NCBI GenBank assembly: GCA_043827405.1
Contig: JBDRPD010000083.1
Location: 64,001 to 128,000 of the forward strand
Reading direction: 5' to 3'
From: Elusimicrobiota bacterium
GTDB lineage: Bacteria; Elusimicrobiota; Elusimicrobia; UBA1565
DNA: 64,000 nucleotides
Positions within the stretch are counted from its first letter, which is position 1. The number at the start of each line of letters is the position of its first letter. Below are positions 58,476 through 64,000 of the stretch, piece by piece. The notes beneath the pieces were generated by a model. The model saw only the letters and a list, made by a program, of their open reading frames with translations, was not told the DNA's origin and searched no databases. The translations under genes and the position numbers were made by a program.

Positions 58476-61400
58476 ATGATATCGCATCAGCTTCGTGTGC
58501 TCTTCACTGCGGGCCTCCTTTCCGTGCTCGCGTCGAGCGCCTATGCGCAGCAGGTTTTTCTTGAGCGCATGTGGGTGCACGACCGCGGCAAGAACTGCGC
58601 GGCCACGGCGACCAACGATCAGTTTAATTGCTGGTCCGGCATACCCGGCACCGCGCCGATCGAGCCGGTGAATCACGGCAACATCTCCAACGACCCCCGC
58701 ATCGAGTTCGACACCACGGTCGATCCGGCCTGCGAAGCGCTGCCGCTGGGGATGCTCCCTACCGGCGACGACCACAATAATGTCTGCAATAACTCGGTCG
58801 CCCTGTGCACGCAGGTGGGCTACGCCAACCAGCAGGACGCCGGGGCCACGCCGTTCGCTCTGGACTTTATATCGTTCGAGCTGTTCAAGTTTACGGAGGG
58901 CGCCAACCCGCTCGATGCCGGCTCGACGCCGCCCCTGCGGACGTTCTTCGTCGATAACCCGGGTATTATCCCGGGCGGTCAGAATTCCTCGACGCTGCCG
59001 TTGGTGCCGGTCTGCGTTATTTGGGACGGCGATATAAACATCAAGGGGGAGTTCGGCAAGTCCAACGGCCAGTACGGCTTCCGCGCGACGGTCGCGACCA
59101 ACCAGACCGGGGCCAGCGGTAATATCAATATCACCCAGACCCGGGCTTATCCCGGCGGCTTCACTAAGGACCGCAACGACAATGAAGTCGACCAGAAACC
59201 CATCAAGGTCGATGTCGTTAATGTCCACGTGGTGCGGACCTCGCCCACGGTCGTGGGGTCACTGACCGGGGTCGCGGCCCAGCCCTACAATATTACTTAC
59301 CGGCTAGCGAAGGATGCGACGACCTATGTCAAAATCCATCAGGGTTCGGGTGATACCGTGCGCACCATTGTGCCGGGTTCGGCGCGGGTAGGCGAAGGCA
59401 TTCCCGACGGGACGCTGCAGAACGGCGACTCCTGGAACGGCCGCTTTGACAATGGAGCGCTCGGTCCTCCCGGAGTCTACCTCGCTTCCATCCAGGGAGT
59501 GGGGGTGGATCAGTTCGGCCTCGACCTGAGCCAGGCGGTCACCCGACAGGTGTCGCTCGATACTCTGCTGATCACGGATCTGCGCACGCAGTCGTTGACC
59601 GCCCAGTCCACCTCGTTGGCGGTCCTGAGCTATATGCTGACCGAACCGGCGACCGCTTATGTCGATATCTATCCGCCGGGAACCTATTTTGAAAACGGGC
59701 TCAACAACCTCAATCAGATGCAGGACGCGCGGCCGATCGCCAACGGGGGCAGCGCCGAGGAGCAGGCGCTTTACAACGCCGGAGTCCGGAAATATTTCGC
59801 GCCGCGCCTCAACGGTAATCCGGTCCTGCCGGTGCGGCATTTTGTGGAGCAGAAGGAGTTTCGCAAGTCGGTCATCACCTTCTGGGACGGACGCGATACC
59901 AACGGTCTGGTGCAGCCCGACGGCGACTATGTTTTTGTCGTCTACGCCGCGCTGCCGTCGCAGAACGGCTTCGATTACGTCGACGGCAGCCGGCGTATCT
60001 GGTCGTCGAACGCCCGCAGCGGCTTCCTGACAATTTCCCGCGGGCAGGTAACCATCAGTCAGGTCGGACCGTCTTCGACGGTGGTCGGCTCGTCGCCGCC
60101 GGTGGCCGGGCTTAATCCATTTTCGTTTACCTATTCCTTGTCGCGTGAGGCTTTTGTGTCGCTGAGGATTCTGGACCATACCGGCACGCGGCTGGTGAAG
60201 ACTCTGGTAGAGAACCAGGTGCGGCCCGGTAATTTCCTCAATCGCGAGAGTTGGACGATGCCGACCGACAACGACGGTCTGTATGTCAGTTCGGGCAACT
60301 ACCTGGTGCAGCTGACGGCGCAGGACCCGTTCTTTCCGGCCAAAGTATCGACAACTTCGGCGCTGTTTCCCGTCAATTTGTTTCGCATAACCGACGTGCT
60401 GACGTCGCCGCTGCTGACCGGCACGACGGATGTGGTCACGATCACGTATCAATTGACTCAGCCGATGAACGTGCAGTGGAACATCTACCAGCCGGGGACG
60501 GTCATCTCGGGGTCGTCGACAACCTGGCCGCCCTGTGCGCGGATGACCGCGGGATCGTGCTCGCAGATCACCAACGGCAGCGCCAACGCCCTGCCGATCG
60601 CCACGGTCAAGGGGCTGCGTCCGGAACGGCTGCGGATCACGGAGTTCTGGGACGGGCGCGACGGCGACGGCCTGTTTGTTCCCGACGGCAACTATGTCTA
60701 TACGCTGACCGCGCAGTCGACGACGACCCCCAAGTATTTCGCCGCCGACAAGGTTTTTGGCACGCTGACGGTGGCCCGCGGCTCCATTGTTTTCCCGATA
60801 TTCAATATTACGCCGACCTTCCCGACGTTGTTTAACTCGAGCCAGACTATCTCGCTGCCGCCCTACGAGGTCGACTACTCGCTGACCCGGCAGTCGTCGG
60901 TTACGATTCAGGTGCTCAGTACGGACTTTAGTCCGCGCGTGGTGCGTACGCTCATCTCGGGCCAGGTGCGCGACGCCCATACCCTGAACCGGGAGTTCTG
61001 GGATGCGCGCGACAACAACGGCAACTTCGTGTCGGCCGGCTTCTATACGGTGCGGGCGGTGGCGGATGATTTGGCCTCAGTGCTGTCGTCGGGCTCGACG
61101 GCCCAGCAGACGGTATCGGCGGATCCGCTGCGCATATACGACGTGGCCATTAGTCCGCTGCGCGCGGATTTCGGCACCGCGCTGGTCGCCTATCAGGTAT
61201 CGGAGACGATGAAGGTGGCGATCAAGATCTATAAGCCGGGTACGATCTTTGATCCGAACGGAAATCCAACGCCGCCGGAGACTCTCAGCCTCATTAAACG
61301 CATCGTCGGGGTGCGCGCGGCGCGCACGGAAATCAGCGAGAACTGGGACGGCACCGACGAGACGATGAGCCTGGTGACGGACGGCAACTATCTGTTTAAG

Positions 61401-61835
61401 ATCGTCGCGTCCACCGACATAAACTCGATCAATTCAGTGACCGGGGATGTCGTCCCCGGAGCGGCTTTGGCCGAGGATTTGGTCATCGCCGAGATCCCCG
61501 TGGTGCGAGGCGGGTCGGCGGCGCCGGCAGAGGATTTCATCAACAATACCTTCGTCTATCCAAATCCGCTGCGGAGCTCGACGGCTAAGTTCCGCATCTA
61601 CGTTCCGCTGCAGTCTATCGTGTCCATGAAGATCTACAACATCGTAGGCGAGCTGGTCATGAACAAGGACTTCGGCGAGCGCGCAGCGGATTCCTACGTG
61701 GAGTTCACGTGGGATAAGAGCAATGACGCCGGGCGGCCGCTGGCGCACGGCATGTACTTCTACATCGTACAGCAGAAATCAAACAAGGGCGATTCGCAGC
61801 TGTTTCAGACGGTCAAGAAGTTTATTATTCCGTAG
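58476..61835 (+). CDS. Large secreted protein of tandem FlgD-Ig-like domains ending in a T9SS-CTD-like domain
   Basis: Signal peptide, 8 W(D)G.d..G....G.Y motifs, terminal YPNP..IYNIVGELV..KKFII. Confidence 0.75.
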   Translation: MISHQLRVLFTAGLLSVLASSAYAQQVFLERMWVHDRGKNCAATATNDQFNCWSGIPGTAPIEPVNHGNISNDPRIEFDTTVDPACEALPLGMLPTGDDHNNVCNNSVALCTQVGYANQQDAGATPFALDFISFELFKFTEGANPLDAGSTPPLRTFFVDNPGIIPGGQNSSTLPLVPVCVIWDGDINIKGEFGKSNGQYGFRATVATNQTGASGNINITQTRAYPGGFTKDRNDNEVDQKPIKVDVVNVHVVRTSPTVVGSLTGVAAQPYNITYRLAKDATTYVKIHQGSGDTVRTIVPGSARVGEGIPDGTLQNGDSWNGRFDNGALGPPGVYLASIQGVGVDQFGLDLSQAVTRQVSLDTLLITDLRTQSLTAQSTSLAVLSYMLTEPATAYVDIYPPGTYFENGLNNLNQMQDARPIANGGSAEEQALYNAGVRKYFAPRLNGNPVLPVRHFVEQKEFRKSVITFWDGRDTNGLVQPDGDYVFVVYAALPSQNGFDYVDGSRRIWSSNARSGFLTISRGQVTISQVGPSSTVVGSSPPVAGLNPFSFTYSLSREAFVSLRILDHTGTRLVKTLVENQVRPGNFLNRESWTMPTDNDGLYVSSGNYLVQLTAQDPFFPAKVSTTSALFPVNLFRITDVLTSPLLTGTTDVVTITYQLTQPMNVQWNIYQPGTVISGSSTTWPPCARMTAGSCSQITNGSANALPIATVKGLRPERLRITEFWDGRDGDGLFVPDGNYVYTLTAQSTTTPKYFAADKVFGTLTVARGSIVFPIFNITPTFPTLFNSSQTISLPPYEVDYSLTRQSSVTIQVLSTDFSPRVVRTLISGQVRDAHTLNREFWDARDNNGNFVSAGFYTVRAVADDLASVLSSGSTAQQTVSADPLRIYDVAISPLRADFGTALVAYQVSETMKVAIKIYKPGTIFDPNGNPTPPETLSLIKRIVGVRAARTEISENWDGTDETMSLVTDGNYLFKIVASTDINSINSVTGDVVPGAALAEDLVIAEIPVVRGGSAAPAEDFINNTFVYPNPLRSSTAKFRIYVPLQSIVSMKIYNIVGELVMNKDFGERAADSYVEFTWDKSNDAGRPLAHGMYFYIVQQKSNKGDSQLFQTVKKFIIP

Positions 61836-61841
61836 CCGCAG

Positions 61842-62825
61842 ATGAACGCTAAACGTCATATACCTCTTATGCTCGCCGGCCTCCTCGGGGCAGCGACCGC
61901 GGGAACGCCTGCCTGGGCGGTCGACCCCGGCGCCGGCACCGGCGGCGCGGCCTTCATGAAGATGGGTATCGGCAGCGCCCGGACATTGGCCATGGGGCGT
62001 GCCGCCGTCGCCGCGGCCGAGGGGACCGAAGCGATAAACTGGAACCCCGCGGGCCTGGCCATGGCTCAGCAGCGCGAGTTCGTCTACTCCTATTATCGCT
62101 ACATCCAGGACATCGACGCTCCCTATTATTTGGCGTATGCCCATCCCTTGGGCCGGACGGTCTTCGGCGTCAACTTCGGGATGATGGGCGCCGATGGTTT
62201 CGACGTGCGCGACGAGTTCGGCCGGCCGCAGGAGTCGAGCGAGGTGCGGGTTTCCAATAGTTTTATTACGGCGACCATGGCGCGCTCCTTCTGGTATGAG
62301 AAGCTTTTCATCGGCGGCAGCATCCGGACAATATACGAGAGTCTGGGCGGGACGACGCACAATATTATGGCGGCTGATTTTGGCGCCCTGCTGCGGCCGA
62401 ACTCCTTCGTGACTTTCGGCTTCTCCTCGCAGAACTTCGGCGCCGGGACGGGACGCATCGCCGGCGTTACCCGCGGCGGCGCATCGGTTCGTATCGGCCT
62501 GCTGACCACGTCGATGGAGGTAAATAAATACGCGGACGGCCCCGTGCATATGGGTATTGGAGGGGAGTTTTTGCTGCCGGAAGATCTGCTGCAGGTGGGG
62601 CAGGTCTACCTGCGGGTGGGGCTTCGCAGTACGGATGATCTCGGCGAGGTGCAGCAGGACAACCGTCATATGGTCTATCCGCTGGTCGGCGCTCCGACGC
62701 TGAGCTACGGTATCGGCGTATTCAGCGCTCAGACTTTTGGTTACGGCATGCAGTTCGACTATGCGCTGATATCTCTAGGCGCGTTGGGAACGGCGGACAT
62801 GCTTACGCTTAAGGTGAAATTTTAA
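61842..62825 (+). CDS. PorV/PorQ-family outer-membrane barrel
   Basis: GAAFMKMGIGSARTLAMG..WNPAGLA; C-terminal LTLKVKF. Confidence 0.75.
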   Translation: MNAKRHIPLMLAGLLGAATAGTPAWAVDPGAGTGGAAFMKMGIGSARTLAMGRAAVAAAEGTEAINWNPAGLAMAQQREFVYSYYRYIQDIDAPYYLAYAHPLGRTVFGVNFGMMGADGFDVRDEFGRPQESSEVRVSNSFITATMARSFWYEKLFIGGSIRTIYESLGGTTHNIMAADFGALLRPNSFVTFGFSSQNFGAGTGRIAGVTRGGASVRIGLLTTSMEVNKYADGPVHMGIGGEFLLPEDLLQVGQVYLRVGLRSTDDLGEVQQDNRHMVYPLVGAPTLSYGIGVFSAQTFGYGMQFDYALISLGALGTADMLTLKVKF

Positions 62826-62831
62826 CGTTAC

Positions 62832-62860
62832 TTGACGAAATGTGCATAGCCTGTTAGACT
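62832..62860 (+). promoter_or_regulatory. Sigma70 promoter of the flp/tad locus
   Basis: TTGACG-17 nt-TAGACT with TGn extension. Confidence 0.6.
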
Positions 62861-62898
62861 AAGGATGACAGCCCAAAAAACGGGATTGAGACGAGAAA

Positions 62899-63096
62899 AT
62901 GACGGTTTTCTCTTGGAAAAACAGAATCGGAGTGCGCAGGAAAAGAGCCGCTCAACGCGGCCAGGCGCTCATCGAATATTTACTGATGACGCTGATGCTC
63001 TTGTTTTTGTTCACCGGGCTCTATCGGGTCCTGCAGGGACAGCTGAAGACCTTGTTTGGCCGGGCCGGAGTTGCTATTTTGACTGCGTATTACTGA
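62899..63096 (+). CDS. Flp/TadE-like prepilin
   Basis: Basic leader, RG|QALIEY cleavage motif, hydrophobic helix. Confidence 0.75.
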   Translation: MTVFSWKNRIGVRRKRAAQRGQALIEYLLMTLMLLFLFTGLYRVLQGQLKTLFGRAGVAILTAYY

Positions 63097-63153
63097 GCGG
63101 GCCGCGCAAACCAATATTGTCGCTGTACGGTTGAAACATTGAGAGGAGGACTT

Positions 63154-63375
63154 ATGCAGAACATGGCAGACCGGGTGTGGGAGAAGTGCATGGAACTCGC
63201 GATTCGGGCCCGCAGCGAGCGAGGCCAGAATACGGTCGAGTATTTGATGATGTTGGCCGTTATCGTCGGAGTCATTTTGGTTATCGGCAAGATGTTCAAG
63301 CCCCAGATCAGCGGCATTTTTAACCAGATTATGGGAATGATCTCGGGCGCTGCCAATACGGTCGGCCAAGGCTAG
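63154..63375 (+). CDS. flp: Flp-type major pilin
   Basis: RG|QNTVEYLMMLAVIV; strong AGGAGGA SD. Confidence 0.8.
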   Translation: MQNMADRVWEKCMELAIRARSERGQNTVEYLMMLAVIVGVILVIGKMFKPQISGIFNQIMGMISGAANTVGQG

Positions 63376-63413
63376 ACGCAGCAGGCCGCCGATCGCAGGA
63401 TATACGTAGCAGC

Positions 63414-63433
63414 GACTGCCGAGCGCGGCAGTC
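63414..63433 (+). other. Intergenic stem-loop after the major pilin gene
   Basis: GACTGCCG-agcg-CGGCAGTC, perfect 8-bp stem with no U tract. Confidence 0.6.
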
Positions 63434-63447
63434 AACAGGAGGGGTAC

Positions 63448-63921
63448 GTGCGAAGATGTAAATGCAGGAAAGGGCAGGTCCTCATCGAGGTCATGCTGAT
63501 GCTGCCCATTTTCATGCTGCTGGTGTTTACGATTATGGAGATCGGGCACCTGGCATTTCGCACGATACTGCTGCATCATGCGGCGTACGAGGTCGCCCGT
63601 ATCGGGTCGCTGACGGCGGTCGGTCCGGTGGCGTCCAAGTCGTGCCTGACGCCCAACCTGGACAGCGACGCGATGGACGAGGTGCGGCAGAAAATCCTGC
63701 CGGCGTCGTCCGGCCAGTACTCGCCGGTGCCGGGGATGCGGGACCCTCAAGACTGCTGCATGAACTTCGACCTCGTGGTTGTCCTGACCGACAACGTGCC
63801 GATGATCTTTCCCATGACGGGAATGGTCCTCGGCAACGCCAACGGCAAGAGCGCGCGCGCCCTCAGGGCCTCCGTGCGCATGCCGATCGAGCGTCCGCTG
63901 TTCGGGGGAACCTCCTGCTGA
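63448..63921 (+). CDS. tadE: TadE-family pseudopilin
   Basis: KG|QVLIEVMLMLP..HAAYEVARIG; SD AGGAGG. Confidence 0.8.
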   Translation: MRRCKCRKGQVLIEVMLMLPIFMLLVFTIMEIGHLAFRTILLHHAAYEVARIGSLTAVGPVASKSCLTPNLDSDAMDEVRQKILPASSGQYSPVPGMRDPQDCCMNFDLVVVLTDNVPMIFPMTGMVLGNANGKSARALRASVRMPIERPLFGGTSC

Positions 63922-63960
63922 GCGAGCCGGAGAGTAATCGGAGTACTTAAGGAGACAGCG

Positions 63961-64000
63961 ATGGAAAAGAAAGGCGTCTTAGTTCCGATGGTTCTCGCAA
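63961..64000 (+). CDS. Start of the next tad-locus gene (possibly CpaB/RcpC), truncated by the window end
   Basis: AAGGAG SD, MEKKGVLVPMVLA; identity inferred only from position. Confidence 0.35.
   Translation, partial: MEKKGVLVPMVLA

Noticed and set aside
63097..63153. GCAAACC upstream of flp as a c-di-GMP-I riboswitch
   Set aside because: The P2/P3 stems and GNRA/receptor elements are missing

Overview
64 kb of high-GC bacterial chromosome. The gene repertoire (PorV-like barrels, FlgD-Ig/YPNP cargo, DUF4175-, DUF5693- and CpXC-like proteins) suggests Elusimicrobiota; this is an inference. Left to right: (1) 1-4.4 kb, a lower-GC nonulosonic (pseudaminic-type) sugar cluster; (2) a radical SAM + glycosyltransferase pair and several exported or accessory genes; (3) housekeeping genes tilS, fixCX, queG, greA, birA, nadC, uvrB; (4) an AT-rich intergenic region with a perfect 29-bp inverted repeat and two promoters sharing a three-box operator layout; (5) a long + strand run (M48 peptidase, GT-C, DUF4175-like, tRNA nucleotidyltransferase, site-2 protease, trpS, scpAB, glgA); (6) an apparent FtsX-EnvC fusion followed by ctpA, tsaD, a signal-less solute-binding protein, a GAF-GGDEF cyclase and a PorV-like barrel; (7) an MBOAT/SGNH pair, a T9SS-like cargo + PorV-like pair, and the start of a Tad/Flp pilus locus. 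Many genes have a -10 box 5-8 nt before the start codon, suggesting leaderless mRNAs. I found no rRNA, tRNA, CRISPR array or transposase. All calls come from motifs read by eye; no searches were run.
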